In this document: in pieces, positions 29,966 to 41,977 of the stretch
Numbering within the stretch: position 1 is the stretch's first letter
Layout of the letters: every line of letters begins with the position of its first letter
Sequence record: MZ234030.1
DNA length: 64,000 nt
Origin: Escherichia phage vB_EcoM-CHD16UKE1
Strand: one strand, 5' to 3'
The notes under the pieces: model-generated
Database searches by the model: none
What the model was told of the DNA's origin: nothing
Seen by the model: only the letters and a program-made list of their open reading frames with translations
Program-made: the position numbers and the translations under genes

Positions 29966-30244
29966 ATGATTATTGATTCTCAGTCTGTGGTTCAATACAC
30001 AATCAAAATTGATATTCTAGAAAAGCTATATAAGTTTCTACCAAATTTATACCACTCAATTGTTAATGAATTAGTTGAAGAACTACATCTTGAGAATAAT
30101 GATTTCTTGATTGGAACTTATAAAGACCTCTCAAAAGCAGGATATTTTTACGTAATTCCAGCTCCAGGAAAAAGTATTGATGATGTATTAGAAACTATAA
30201 TGATTTATGTCCATGATTACGAAATTGAAGATTATTTCGAATGA
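29966..30244 (+). CDS. arn: Arn-like acidic protein (anti-restriction, McrBC inhibitor candidate)
   Basis: 92 aa, highly acidic; size and position next to asiA match T4 arn. Confidence 0.5.
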   Translation: MIIDSQSVVQYTIKIDILEKLYKFLPNLYHSIVNELVEELHLENNDFLIGTYKDLSKAGYFYVIPAPGKSIDDVLETIMIYVHDYEIEDYFE

Positions 30245-30393
30245 GTCATAATCTTGAAATGGTAATCGAGCATAATGTAGCTCAGGAACGCGAGTCGTTC
30301 AAGGAATTCGTAGAAAAAATTTTTGAAGAAAATAACACAGACCAGTTTACAAATCAAGCGTCTGATGATATTATAATAAAGTCAACTAATTGA
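30241..30393 (+). CDS. Hypothetical small acidic protein
   Basis: 50 aa, ATGA overlap. Confidence 0.35.
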   Translation: MSHNLEMVIEHNVAQERESFKEFVEKIFEENNTDQFTNQASDDIIIKSTN

Positions 30394-30405
30394 GTGGTAT
30401 AGTTA

Positions 30406-30678
30406 ATGAATAAAAACATTGATACAGTTCGTGAAATTATTACTGTTGCATCTATTTTGATTAAATTTTCCAGAGAAGATATTGTTGAGAATCGTGCTAA
30501 TTTTATTGCATTTCTTAATGAGATTGGAGTAACGCATGAAGGTAGAAAGTTAAATCAGAATTCATTTCGTAAAATTGTTTCTGAATTAACTCAAGAAGAT
30601 AAGAAAACCCTCATCGACGAATTCAACGAGGGTTTTGAGGGTGTATATCGATATCTAGAAATGTATACGAACAAATAA
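30406..30678 (+). CDS. asiA: Anti-sigma-70 factor AsiA
   Basis: 90 aa; recalled as T4 AsiA. Confidence 0.85.
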   Translation: MNKNIDTVREIITVASILIKFSREDIVENRANFIAFLNEIGVTHEGRKLNQNSFRKIVSELTQEDKKTLIDEFNEGFEGVYRYLEMYTNK

Positions 30679-31335
30679 TTATTTAGCCCTTCCTAATATT
30701 CTGGCCGCCTGAGCACATATTGATTCAAGGCGGTCATTACTTATATGATCATTTCTATACCAGTACATGGTTATCGTTCCAGCATAGATATTATCCAAAT
30801 TAAAATATGGACAACTGTACATGTAGTTTATTTCGGGAGTAGGCTTTTTAGTTGGTAAAAAAGCAAATTTTGAGTCGGAATAATAATGACGTCCATTTAA
30901 ATGAACTGTATATTCATCCATAGTTTTATCAACAGGATATCCTCCAAGTGATTTTTCACTTATTGTTGAAGGTAATTTTCCTTCATATGCTATAATATCA
31001 ACAAAATAGTTTAAGTTTTTAGGGCGGAAAGAATACACCGCACTAAAGTCTGCCTCAGATGATATATGAACTATCTGGAGTTGTTCCAGGGCGACAGATT
31101 CAAAGCGTGCATTTCTTTCCTTTTCAATAATTTCACTGTATGTTTCATACTTTGATTGCTTATAGTACTCAAAGAAACTATCTCCCCTATACCAAACAAT
31201 CGCCATCATAAATAAAAGAATTACGACAGCTACCCGGGAAGCAAGAACTTTCCCGGTAGCGTTATCTTTGAACAAGCGATCTAGAACACCAAATAGAATA
31301 TCAGAGGGCGAAAATGATATTCTAGGTGCTGCCAT
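30679..31335 (-). CDS. t: Holin T
   Basis: 218 aa, one N-terminal TM segment and large periplasmic domain; recalled as T4 holin. Confidence 0.85.
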   Translation of the reverse strand: MAAPRISFSPSDILFGVLDRLFKDNATGKVLASRVAVVILLFMMAIVWYRGDSFFEYYKQSKYETYSEIIEKERNARFESVALEQLQIVHISSEADFSAVYSFRPKNLNYFVDIIAYEGKLPSTISEKSLGGYPVDKTMDEYTVHLNGRHYYSDSKFAFLPTKKPTPEINYMYSCPYFNLDNIYAGTITMYWYRNDHISNDRLESICAQAARILGRAK

Positions 31336-31366
31336 AGACCCTCCTTTTAGGGGTATTTATTCAAAA

Positions 31367-32211
<845 letters not shown>

Positions 32212-32244
32212 TTATACTCCAAAGGGGGCATTTCCCCCTTGTTG

Positions 32245-35232
32245 TTAGAATTTAAAATATTTACTAATTTTGCGAGCAATTTTAGTAAAGAAAGGAGTTT
32301 TCAATTCTTTAATTTCTTCACTCATTTCCTGAATAGCCTTAATTAAAAGAGCATTCACAGCAGAGTTAGAAATTGTCAGAACATCAGATCCATCAACTTC
32401 AACTTTAGATACAGCTTCCGGTAATTCCTTTTCAAGGTCCTGAGCAATAATACCAACTTCACGTTTAATAACACTACGGTCTTTAATAGACTTAACTTTA
32501 TCGTAAATATAAACTTTCAGTCGACATACTTTTTCAAGTGCTCCGTTTTCTAGCTCTTTTTTATTAATCTTAAGACGACCATCGGAACGAATATACACAT
32601 CGTTAAAGTTACCATTACCAGGAGAATAGAAAGTACCGTCGTAATGAAATTCAAATACCGCGTTAGGGTGTCCAGCCGCTGGTGATGCCTCCGCAGATCC
32701 AACACGAATAATTGCTTGCCCCCAATTGTTAGGGACACGACGAATACCAAGATCGACGGCAGTTACAAACCCTTGATTGGTGATTACACTTCTTCCTTTG
32801 AGAATCGGATAATAACAATCCTGTGAAACATAACCATGATCGACGAATATTGGTGCTTCTACTCGCCATTGGTTGCCCCAATCACCCGGTTGTCTAGCAA
32901 TCCATCCAGAACCGTTAATGTGTACACGATCGCGGTTAACGTTAACCATTGCGATATTTTGTGGATTTAGCGAAATCTCACCATTGTTTGTGATATGTAC
33001 TGCCGCCTGAGTAGCATAGCTATAAAATGCTAGCGAATTATCAGCACCACCCTTACCAATATACCAGTTACCACTCCCGTCTACGTCACCACGAATATGC
33101 AAAGCATTACCAGCAGTTGTTGATAATACAATAGAATCACCCGGACGTTTAATAATCAATCTACCTTCGGATTCAATTTCACCAAAAAATTTAGTCTTAA
33201 TTGCACCAGTCGCTAAAGTACGTTCAGTGGAAAAATGAACGCCTTTGCTGTCTTCTAACTGAATAATGTTATCGCGCGCATTATTACTATCACCCCAATG
33301 ATTAAACCGGAAATAATCACGTGATTGCTTACCACCCGCTTCAAACGTCAGCGTACCTTTACTTAAATTAACATCACCGCTAAAGGTAGCAGCAAGAGAA
33401 TCACGTTCTAATTTTAAAACGTTAGCACCACTAGTACCACCTAAAGTAACATCACCAGTTCTCAATTCATAACGGAAAGGTCTATTTGTATTATAGTTTC
33501 CATTTTGATCATCTTCGTTGGTGGAAAGAATATAAAGATTCTCTCCATAAGTACGGAAAATTGTACCAAAATTTCCGGCATACATACGGAATGCATTAGA
33601 TGAGCGAAATTTAACTTCTGTTTTAAAAGTGGTAGTGTTATTAAGGTTAACAGTAGAGTTAAAATTGGTAGGAGCACCGAAGTTAACTGCGCCATTAAAA
33701 TCTTGTTGAGCTGTCCATGTGTGGCGACCATCTTCAAGAACAACACGGCGGACTGTGCAAGTTCTATTTCCAGAATTACCGAACACACGAACGACAAAAT
33801 AACGGTAGTTTGTCTGGGATACAGTACCGCGCCAAACCTGAACAGTACGCCCTGTGCTAGTGTGTTCGCTAGGACCAACGGAAAACATAACCAGGTTTCC
33901 GTCAATCGTCCCCCAATCCATATTTGCTGGCATATTCTTTATTTTATTCAAAGGAACACTAAACATACTACCAGGGACAAAATCAAAGGTTTGCCAATCT
34001 AGCTCCGCTAATTGAGTTTTAATACCACCCATACCCAAAGTAATTGGCAAAGAGTAAGATGTATATACTTCGTTCCATGTACCCCACGCGCCACCGGTAT
34101 ATGCACGCTCAAAAATACGATCGCGAGTAGTTGCACCCGTTCCGGCAGTAGTAAATTTTTGGAAAATAGCACCGCCAGAAGCACGCTGTTTAACTTCCAG
34201 CAAACCAACAATAACAGTCGGCAAACCTTCACCGGTAGGACAGTTAATAACGGCATCAGTGCCTAAAATATTATATAACCCAGGAGTTTTAAAATCATTC
34301 AGATCTCCATCATAGAAAGTCGCTGGTGTGACATTACCGACTTGTTGCCACGGTCCCCATTTAGGCGCGGAAGCATCCCACGCGGCAGCAAGACAACGAG
34401 TATATACAACACCAAATCTGGTTGTATATCTTTGTGTACGAGAATAGTTTCCACCTTCATATACTTCCAAAAGACCTTGAGCTGACGACCCCTCTTCTGG
34501 GAAATTTCTGTCAAAGGTAGCAATGGAATTTGAACTATTTCGCCACAAACCAAAGTGTTCAGCGCCTCCTAGATCATTAAGATCAATTGTTGTTGACAGT
34601 GGACGAGTACCGGATTGAATATTTCGCCACACACTCCACGGACCATTTACTCCGTTCCATGTAGCAGTCAAGGAACGAATATAAACATTTCCGTATCTAG
34701 TTGTATATCTCTGAGTACCAGCAAATTGACCGGCCACAAATACTTCTAGCACACCTACAGCATTTTCTTCTGGAAATTTATTTGCTGGTTGAGCGTTGGT
34801 TGAAGTTGCTTTCGACCAAACTCCAAGATATTCTTCAACAGGCCCATACGTATCTAAATTAGCATCAGTAGGTAATTCGCCATTATTTTTTATAAATGTT
34901 GTGCTATTGACATTTATGTCAGATGGAGTTAGCGTGATATCTTTTGACCCATCAAAGGATATACCATTAATTTTTCGTGCTGTTTTTAATTTCGTTGCAG
35001 TTGCAGCGTTACCTGTTAAATTTCCAATTATATTTCCATTAACAGTTAAAGAACCATCAATTGTTCCTCCATATTTTAAACCTAATTCTATAACACTACC
35101 TGAGTCATCTTTTGTGAAAATTGTTTTATCTTTTAAGTTTATAGCCAATTCACCTTCGGCTAATACTGAAGCTGCAGGACGTTGACCTGCAATTTTGCTT
35201 CTTTTAAATTGTATTTGTTTTAAAGTAGCCAT
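32245..35232 (-). CDS. 37: Long tail fiber distal subunit gp37 with C-terminal intramolecular-chaperone-like region
   Basis: 995 aa; N-terminus [16 protein letters not shown] as in T4 gp37; C-terminal SDGRLK...GIIAQDLE motifs. Confidence 0.9.
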   Translation of the reverse strand: MATLKQIQFKRSKIAGQRPAASVLAEGELAINLKDKTIFTKDDSGSVIELGLKYGGTIDGSLTVNGNIIGNLTGNAATATKLKTARKINGISFDGSKDITLTPSDINVNSTTFIKNNGELPTDANLDTYGPVEEYLGVWSKATSTNAQPANKFPEENAVGVLEVFVAGQFAGTQRYTTRYGNVYIRSLTATWNGVNGPWSVWRNIQSGTRPLSTTIDLNDLGGAEHFGLWRNSSNSIATFDRNFPEEGSSAQGLLEVYEGGNYSRTQRYTTRFGVVYTRCLAAAWDASAPKWGPWQQVGNVTPATFYDGDLNDFKTPGLYNILGTDAVINCPTGEGLPTVIVGLLEVKQRASGGAIFQKFTTAGTGATTRDRIFERAYTGGAWGTWNEVYTSYSLPITLGMGGIKTQLAELDWQTFDFVPGSMFSVPLNKIKNMPANMDWGTIDGNLVMFSVGPSEHTSTGRTVQVWRGTVSQTNYRYFVVRVFGNSGNRTCTVRRVVLEDGRHTWTAQQDFNGAVNFGAPTNFNSTVNLNNTTTFKTEVKFRSSNAFRMYAGNFGTIFRTYGENLYILSTNEDDQNGNYNTNRPFRYELRTGDVTLGGTSGANVLKLERDSLAATFSGDVNLSKGTLTFEAGGKQSRDYFRFNHWGDSNNARDNIIQLEDSKGVHFSTERTLATGAIKTKFFGEIESEGRLIIKRPGDSIVLSTTAGNALHIRGDVDGSGNWYIGKGGADNSLAFYSYATQAAVHITNNGEISLNPQNIAMVNVNRDRVHINGSGWIARQPGDWGNQWRVEAPIFVDHGYVSQDCYYPILKGRSVITNQGFVTAVDLGIRRVPNNWGQAIIRVGSAEASPAAGHPNAVFEFHYDGTFYSPGNGNFNDVYIRSDGRLKINKKELENGALEKVCRLKVYIYDKVKSIKDRSVIKREVGIIAQDLEKELPEAVSKVEVDGSDVLTISNSAVNALLIKAIQEMSEEIKELKTPFFTKIARKISKYFKF

Positions 35233-35240
35233 AAGTCCTC

Positions 35241-35891
35241 TTAATAATAGCCGAAATCTTGAACAGAATCTTTAATTACGATTTGGTCAAATCGTGGAAC
35301 GTGTGAAGGTTGAGATGCAGGATTCTGTGAAAAAAGGTTTGGCGCAGTTAAATTTCCTGTCATAGTGTCTCCAGAGCGTAATACCCTAGAGTTTGCATTT
35401 GCTGTAACAGTATTTATTGCTCCATCAACATAATCTTTGCGAGTAACATCAGATGCTGCGGAAGGAGTAGATGTAACAGTTACCGATGGAGCCGTTACAG
35501 CCCTGGTAAATGTTGTCAAACCTTCTGGCGTAATAGTAATTTGTCCAGTAGTGATTTCACTACCTGCAGGTCTAAAACTAATACCACCGGAAGAGCCGCC
35601 AACTACAAGAGTATTACCAGTGCCGCCACCAGAACGAATTCGGATAGGGGTTTCATTATTACTTAATTGAAGATAACTATTTACCCCGTAATTAATAGTA
35701 ATTGGACCGGTGTAAGTACCACCATTAGCTTTAGAAACGAAATCGTTATCAGCTGCCTGCGGTTTATTATATTCTGAATATATTTTAAATGATTTGTAGA
35801 GTACATCGTCACCGGCTGAATTCAATGGAAAATTTCCTTGATGCCAAATGACAGATCCACCTACAGTTGAACCTACTTTTAAATCAGCCAT
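35241..35891 (-). CDS. 36: Long tail fiber hinge protein gp36
   Basis: 216 aa, directly upstream of 37. Confidence 0.85.
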   Translation of the reverse strand: MADLKVGSTVGGSVIWHQGNFPLNSAGDDVLYKSFKIYSEYNKPQAADNDFVSKANGGTYTGPITINYGVNSYLQLSNNETPIRIRSGGGTGNTLVVGGSSGGISFRPAGSEITTGQITITPEGLTTFTRAVTAPSVTVTSTPSAASDVTRKDYVDGAINTVTANANSRVLRSGDTMTGNLTAPNLFSQNPASQPSHVPRFDQIVIKDSVQDFGYY

Positions 35892-35915
35892 TATATGCCC
35901 CTTTATTTTAATATT

Positions 35916-35923
35916 ATTTATAA
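35916..35923 (-). promoter_or_regulatory. T4 late promoter TATAAATA (minus strand)
   Basis: TATTTATA on + strand about 25 nt upstream of gene 36 ATG. Confidence 0.6.
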
Positions 35924-35925
35924 AG

Positions 35926-35952
35926 AAAAAGGGAACCCGAAGGCTCCCTCAG
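35926..35952 (-). terminator. Hairpin terminator after gene 35 (minus strand)
   Basis: Imperfect GGGAACC-CGAA-GGCTCCC hairpin followed by T-tract on minus strand. Confidence 0.45.
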
Positions 35953-35953
35953 T

Positions 35954-37069
35954 TTAAACTTCTCTAAATTCTTGCCCAAACACTTTGCCAGTTTTAGAAG
36001 AGGCTTGTGTAGGAAGTACCATTATATCTGGAGGTGAAGCCGATTCGCAGACATAATTAACGCGAATACCGTTGACGCCAAATTCGGCAGGTTTTGAAAT
36101 GCCGCCATTTCTTGATACTTCAGAAAAGCTTAAATTCCTCATTCCGCCTTGACCAGCTTGAGCAGTTCTCTGCGCATATATAGTAAATCCGACTGCATTT
36201 TCAGGAACAACTACATAATCTTCTTTTAATTCCCAAGACCCAGCTTGCCCAGTAAACTCAGCTTGGGTCGAGGAAATATATCCATTTGATGCATCATAAA
36301 AACGAATAGATATATTTGTAGTTCCAAGATCAAGTAAATCAGCATCAGCATATAGTTGTGCTTTAAGATAAAGAACATCACCAGGAATTAAATTGTAGTC
36401 AGAAAGTTTACTTATAGCAGCTGAAGTTGGCAATCGCGCAATTTCGTTATTAGTTCCACCAACTGCTGACATGAATTGCTCGACACTTTCATAAGTTCTT
36501 TTTGGAAATCCTGTCGCTCCGACGTCTTCTAAACTATCAAATACAACATCTAAAATAGTTTGATAATCATCTGTGCTTTTTCTATTACTTAGTTTAACAT
36601 GCTCTAATGCAATAGCTCTTTTAGAAGAAGTATAAAAAGCAGCATATGACACGTCAAATCTTGACAATACTGAATCTGATGGAAAAACTGAAGTTCCTGC
36701 TCCCCTTAACCAAGATACCACTTCAGGAGGAAAATTAACCTTTCCGCTAGTTAATATAGCAACAAGTCTATTGTTTGACAAAGAATTCATGAAACTGACA
36801 AAAGCGGCAGATGTTGTATTGTTTGAAGCAGAAAAAGCATATGACTTGCTATCAACTAATGCTCCCGTAGAAGGGTCAAAAACTCTTAAATGAAGACCTG
36901 CACTAAATGTTTGATTTCCAACGGGATTATCCTGAAATTTAACATATGGCCCCGCAGTAGAAAGCGGGCAAGAACCCGCTATGCTTATTTTATATCTTAC
37001 TGAATTGCTTTCCGATAAAAATGGCGTTTGGACATATCCTTGTCCAAACTCTGCCATAAATTTTTCCAT
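35954..37069 (-). CDS. 35: Long tail fiber proximal connector gp35
   Basis: 371 aa. Confidence 0.85.
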   Translation of the reverse strand: MEKFMAEFGQGYVQTPFLSESNSVRYKISIAGSCPLSTAGPYVKFQDNPVGNQTFSAGLHLRVFDPSTGALVDSKSYAFSASNNTTSAAFVSFMNSLSNNRLVAILTSGKVNFPPEVVSWLRGAGTSVFPSDSVLSRFDVSYAAFYTSSKRAIALEHVKLSNRKSTDDYQTILDVVFDSLEDVGATGFPKRTYESVEQFMSAVGGTNNEIARLPTSAAISKLSDYNLIPGDVLYLKAQLYADADLLDLGTTNISIRFYDASNGYISSTQAEFTGQAGSWELKEDYVVVPENAVGFTIYAQRTAQAGQGGMRNLSFSEVSRNGGISKPAEFGVNGIRVNYVCESASPPDIMVLPTQASSKTGKVFGQEFREV

Positions 37070-37077
37070 AATACCTC

Positions 37078-40000
37078 TTATTCAACCCATTCAAATTTAA
37101 CAGTTTTATTCACTGGGTCAGGAATAATGCGAACATTACCAATTCGCAAGAAATCGCGAATAGTAAGATTACCTATTATTCCATTATCAGATGGGATCGC
37201 TCCTATATCTGAAGGTTGAGGAGGGTTACCTCCGTCAAATACCTGAACAAAACTTGACCAAGAGTTTTTGGTTTTCTGCCATGTACGTGTCCAGCGAGTG
37301 GTACGTGCTTCTGGGGTCGTTGGATAAGTAATCCAATCTTGGTAAAGTGAATCAAGTGTGTTACCAAACTGAGTCAATGTACCAGGAGATTTAACTTCTT
37401 CACCACGTTCTAAGTATGGAAGTCCAGTCACTTCATTAGTTTTTTCAACCATTTTAAAATAACCCGGGAACTGGTTATAAGTGGCTGAATCATTAATATC
37501 GATTGACCAGAATCCTACAGTATCAGATGTCGGCGCACGGGTATATAAATCAGATGTTTTAGTGCCCTGAGAACGAATTCTCGAGTTAACAGTTAAACCA
37601 CCTGAATTTATAGTAGCACCTTTAGCAATGATCAAGCTTTCACCAATTGTGACCTGCCCAGATTGATTATTAATGGACAATGGACGTAATCCATTAAATC
37701 CACCAGTCTGATCACCCGATGCAGTAAGCATAAAATTCGTTACTGATCCATCATTGCGAACAATGAAACCATAATTTCCGTTAATAGCACGGAAAGCATT
37801 TGCGCTTCGAGAAATAATTTCACCAGTTGCAGTGACTGAATTACCAAATGTTGCTACACCATTTGCATTCAATGTTCCTGAAGCATTAACATTTATCGGT
37901 ATTACTGTACCGTTGATATTAAATGTTATATTTCCAGCTTTATTACGCTGAGAATAAAAATGACTAGACGTTTCATCACTAACTTCAAATACGGTAGAAC
38001 GTGTTGTGTCTGATTCCCCGCTAAATTGATTTCCCCACACTCTGACTGTCATCGTTTGAGCTGGGTTTGTTCCAGTTTGAGGTCCTTTCTCAAAAATCAG
38101 ACGAGTTGCCGTTCCAGTATTAGAAATAGTTAATGTACTATTTGCTGAAACTGATCCACCGAATGTAGCAGTACTAGATGATACAAGAGGGGCACTCAGA
38201 TTCGTTTGTTGGGTTAAGGTTAGTGAACCATTAACTGTTTGTGCAATGTCCCTACGAATGAACTGGAGCGAATCTAGACCATCTAATAAATTACTATCTA
38301 CAGCTTTTGCTTTTAATGGCAAATAATTTGCTAATACGCGATTTAATTCATATGGTGATACTGCATAACCATTTTTCTCATATGATTCTAATGGCTGTGT
38401 TGAACCTACCGTATCATTACCAACAAACGTTAATGAACCAGAAGAAGTTTTAACAAACCCTCTTATCAGAGTAGTTGCTGCCCAAGTTGGTTCACTCTGC
38501 ACAATCCATTTTAAATTTTTTGGAGATACAGCAGTATTTGCTGACGTTCCAGTCACAGTTTCAGACTGAGTTGCAACTTTAATAACACCTTCTTGCGATT
38601 CGGTAGATTTAGTACCTAAAAGCTTTTTAGGAGTTATTAAAACATTATCTAATGTTCCTGCAGCAGCTTCAACTTGTGTAGCTACACGAAGTGTACCACG
38701 CTGTGTCTCATTTGCTTCAAGAATATTAAGGGTATAATGGTCCCAGAGAGTTCCTGATTCAACTAATCCAGATAGAGCAACAACAGAAGTACGATCAGTA
38801 CTATTAAATCTGGTTTTAATTTTTAATGGTGTAGAGATACGAGTATCGTCGACGCCTGCGTCGAATTCAACTTGCGTAGCAATTTCAGCTATACCACTTA
38901 AACTTTCAGTTGCTCTACGGTCATTTAAAGTTTTAGGAGTGACTGCACGAGTATAGTCAGTTCCTGTATTAACTTCACTTTGCGTAGCAATTTCAATTAA
39001 ACCAATTCTTCCATCAGTTGATGTCTTTTTATGTAACGTTTCTGGCGTTACAACCGCATTTGCCCATCCTTCTTGGCTTTGTCCAGCAATTACTTCACTT
39101 TCAACTGCTAAAATTACTGCGCCTTGTTGCGTTGGAGTAGCTTTATACTGATCCAAAGCTTTAGGTGAAACAACTAAATTATTAGTGTTTTTATTATAAA
39201 CATTCGTACCATTTAATTCACGACTAGAAGCTGGAGTAGCTCCTGCGGTAGATACAAAAGTTACAATACCCGATAATGTTTCAGAACCTTGACGAGCTTG
39301 AAGCTTTTTAGGAGTGATGATTGTAGTATCATCAGTACCTGTATTAGTTTCCTGCTGCGTAGCAATTTCAGCGACACCTCTGCGAGTTTCTGTAGCAGTT
39401 CTTTCATTCAGCTTTTTAGGAGTGATGATAAGGTCATCTGCAAAAGAGAATGTGGTGTTCTGATTCACTTGAGCAGTAGTTGCTATTCTTGCAATACCTC
39501 TGCGAGTTTCTGTAGCAGTACGATTAGCTAACGTTTCTGGAGTAATTGCCAATTCTTTTTGCGGAGAATTTTCTAAATCAGCATTTGCTTGAGCTTGTGT
39601 AGCTAAAGCAATTACGCCTAATCTTGCTCTAGTAGAATTATTTAAAGAATCGACTCTTTCAACTGTTGGAACGTTTTGCTGTACAACCCAGTATTTTCCA
39701 TCAGAATCTTCTATATAAGCAAGTTGCAAAACTGGTACATAATTAGTTTCACCGTTAAAAACTAATTCTTGAACTGTTACCCATTCAGCTTCAGGCGGAT
39801 ATTCTGAACGTTTTGGGAATTGCAGCAATTGAACTGAAGAAGCAATTTTATCTTCACCAGCAGCTTTGATTTTAACTGTTTGTCCTTTTCTCATGTAATT
39901 CATGGAAATTTTAACAGTATCACCAACAGAAATATCAGTCGGAAGCTGAAGTTCAATTGTTTGGGTTGTTCCATTATTCGCGCCAAATACCATGACTTCT

Positions 40001-40947
40001 TCATTTGGACGAATATTTGAATTAGTTGTTATAATGCGTAAACGTGCTTTACTATCCCCGTCAAACAATCTCCACAATTTCTCATTATCGTCAAACATCA
40101 AGAAACCGTCAATCGATGTACGGCCTTCAATGGAATGAGTTCCAACTTCTTGTACTGAAGTCGTTTCATCGTATGTAGTAACAATTGTATGATAAAGTGG
40201 ATTCAGTTTATCTAAATCAACGAAATTAATAATATCGCCATGATTAGCAAATCTCGGAAGTTTAACATTAATTGGTGCAGCAGAAGTAAATCTACGTACG
40301 ATAAAATCATTAGATTGTGCTTGATACGCAGTCGATGGAGTAACAATCGCAGCTTCTCTGCTATAATCAGCAACATACATTTGCCACAAACGATTATTAA
40401 AAATGAATATCATCTGTGACTTTGGATGAGTCATTAAAACTGAACGTACCTGTTCACCTCTAAAATTGACAATACTCTGATTTGAAGAATTTATTTTAAC
40501 CTGATTTATGCCAGGTTTTCCACCGATATCTTGAATTATTACGGTTTCTCCATCAAGCGGAGAAGGTGGTAAAGTAAACTCAATGTCATTGCCAACTGAT
40601 GTATCTACTGAAATTGCTTCTCCGGATTTTAATTGATATGGTCCAGATGATACAGTTGTATATACGGCATCAGTACGTAATGCTTTCCAACGAATTCTAT
40701 TAAAATTTCCAGCAGGTTTTGGAATATTATCCGTTGCTGCCCAAAAACGATTATTATAAATGATTACAAAATCTTTTAAATATCCACGAGTTGGATCATA
40801 TTGCTGAACTGTGTTTTCTTGAATTAAGTAATCAACGTTAACACCGTCAGTTCCTACGGTACGATCAGCTAAAGCTACGTTGATTATTTTATCGCCACCT
40901 GCGTCCAGACCATCTTCTGCTCTGAACTTTCTTTTAATCTCGGCCAT
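37078..40947 (-). CDS. 34: Long tail fiber proximal subunit gp34
   Basis: 1289 aa; internal repeats of the ...RG...IAT...ITPKKL type. Confidence 0.9.
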   Translation of the reverse strand: MAEIKRKFRAEDGLDAGGDKIINVALADRTVGTDGVNVDYLIQENTVQQYDPTRGYLKDFVIIYNNRFWAATDNIPKPAGNFNRIRWKALRTDAVYTTVSSGPYQLKSGEAISVDTSVGNDIEFTLPPSPLDGETVIIQDIGGKPGINQVKINSSNQSIVNFRGEQVRSVLMTHPKSQMIFIFNNRLWQMYVADYSREAAIVTPSTAYQAQSNDFIVRRFTSAAPINVKLPRFANHGDIINFVDLDKLNPLYHTIVTTYDETTSVQEVGTHSIEGRTSIDGFLMFDDNEKLWRLFDGDSKARLRIITTNSNIRPNEEVMVFGANNGTTQTIELQLPTDISVGDTVKISMNYMRKGQTVKIKAAGEDKIASSVQLLQFPKRSEYPPEAEWVTVQELVFNGETNYVPVLQLAYIEDSDGKYWVVQQNVPTVERVDSLNNSTRARLGVIALATQAQANADLENSPQKELAITPETLANRTATETRRGIARIATTAQVNQNTTFSFADDLIITPKKLNERTATETRRGVAEIATQQETNTGTDDTTIITPKKLQARQGSETLSGIVTFVSTAGATPASSRELNGTNVYNKNTNNLVVSPKALDQYKATPTQQGAVILAVESEVIAGQSQEGWANAVVTPETLHKKTSTDGRIGLIEIATQSEVNTGTDYTRAVTPKTLNDRRATESLSGIAEIATQVEFDAGVDDTRISTPLKIKTRFNSTDRTSVVALSGLVESGTLWDHYTLNILEANETQRGTLRVATQVEAAAGTLDNVLITPKKLLGTKSTESQEGVIKVATQSETVTGTSANTAVSPKNLKWIVQSEPTWAATTLIRGFVKTSSGSLTFVGNDTVGSTQPLESYEKNGYAVSPYELNRVLANYLPLKAKAVDSNLLDGLDSLQFIRRDIAQTVNGSLTLTQQTNLSAPLVSSSTATFGGSVSANSTLTISNTGTATRLIFEKGPQTGTNPAQTMTVRVWGNQFSGESDTTRSTVFEVSDETSSHFYSQRNKAGNITFNINGTVIPINVNASGTLNANGVATFGNSVTATGEIISRSANAFRAINGNYGFIVRNDGSVTNFMLTASGDQTGGFNGLRPLSINNQSGQVTIGESLIIAKGATINSGGLTVNSRIRSQGTKTSDLYTRAPTSDTVGFWSIDINDSATYNQFPGYFKMVEKTNEVTGLPYLERGEEVKSPGTLTQFGNTLDSLYQDWITYPTTPEARTTRWTRTWQKTKNSWSSFVQVFDGGNPPQPSDIGAIPSDNGIIGNLTIRDFLRIGNVRIIPDPVNKTVKFEWVE

Positions 40948-40982
40948 TCTCCCGGGCTCCTATTGTGTTTTCAATAATAAGT

Positions 40983-40990
40983 ATTTATAC
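40983..40990 (-). promoter_or_regulatory. T4 late promoter TATAAATA (minus strand)
   Basis: TATTTATA on + strand 36 nt upstream of gene 34 ATG. Confidence 0.65.
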
Positions 40991-40992
40991 CT

Positions 40993-41022
40993 GTTTACTT
41001 TAAGATTTAGATAGTATATAAT
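40993..41022 (+). promoter_or_regulatory. T4-type early promoter
   Basis: GTTTAC 40993-40998, TATAAT 41017-41022. Confidence 0.55.
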
Positions 41023-41051
41023 AGAAATCTCACTAATTGAACGAGGTTCAT

Positions 41052-41969
41052 ATGGATTTAGAAATGATGCTGGATGAAGATTACAAAGAAGGAATTTGCT
41101 TTATTGACTTTAGTCAAATTGCTCTTTCAACTGCTCTGGTAAACTTCCCAGATAAAGAAAAAATTAATTTATCAATGGTTCGTCATTTGATATTGAACTC
41201 AATTAAGTTTAATGTCAAAAAAGCAAAAACGCTTGGATACACTAAAATTGTGCTGTGTATTGATAACGCGAAATCTGGATACTGGCGTCGTGATTTTGCT
41301 TATTATTATAAGAAAAACCGTGGAAAAGCACGAGAAGAATCTACTTGGGACTGGGAAGGTTATTTTGAATCCAGCCATAAAGTTATAGATGAATTGAAAG
41401 CTTATATGCCATACATTGTTATGGATATTGATAAGTATGAAGCAGATGACCATATTGCTGTTCTTGTTAAAAAGTTCTCTTTAGAAGGACACAAGATTTT
41501 AATCATTTCGTCGGATGGTGACTTTACACAGCTTCACAAATATCCAAATGTTAAGCAATGGTCACCGATGCATAAGAAATGGGTTAAAATTAAAAGCGGT
41601 TCTGCTGAAATTGACTGTATGACTAAAATCCTTAAAGGCGACAAAAAGGATAACGTTGCTTCAGTTAAAGTACGATCTGACTTTTGGTTTACCAGAGTTG
41701 AAGGTGAACGAACTCCTTCAATGAAAACTTCAATCGTTGAAGCTATTGCTAATGACCGTGAGCAAGCTAAGGTGCTTCTCTCAGAATCTGAGTATAATCG
41801 TTATAAAGAAAATTTAGTTCTAATTGATTTTGATTATATTCCTGATAATATTGCTTCAAACATTGTGAATTACTATAATTCATATAAATTACCACCGCGT
41901 GGCAAAATTTATTCATATTTTGTAAAAGCGGGTCTTTCTAAATTAACTAATAGCATTAATGAATTTTGA
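41052..41969 (+). CDS. rnh: RNase H (5'-3' exonuclease, FEN-like)
   Basis: 305 aa from ATG 41052 (MDLEMMLDEDYKEG...); recalled as T4 RNase H. Confidence 0.88.
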   Translation: MDLEMMLDEDYKEGICFIDFSQIALSTALVNFPDKEKINLSMVRHLILNSIKFNVKKAKTLGYTKIVLCIDNAKSGYWRRDFAYYYKKNRGKAREESTWDWEGYFESSHKVIDELKAYMPYIVMDIDKYEADDHIAVLVKKFSLEGHKILIISSDGDFTQLHKYPNVKQWSPMHKKWVKIKSGSAEIDCMTKILKGDKKDNVASVKVRSDFWFTRVEGERTPSMKTSIVEAIANDREQAKVLLSESEYNRYKENLVLIDFDYIPDNIASNIVNYYNSYKLPPRGKIYSYFVKAGLSKLTNSINEF

Positions 41970-41977
41970 GGTGAATA

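Noticed and set aside
33462-34266. ORFs on either strand inside gp37 (33462-33905 minus, 33703-34002 plus, 34012-34266 plus)
   Set aside because: They lie wholly inside a well-supported tail-fibre gene, lack RBS and have odd composition; alternative-frame artefacts
39289-39531. 80-aa plus-strand ORF inside gene 34
   Set aside because: Antisense to gp34 in a repetitive segment; spurious
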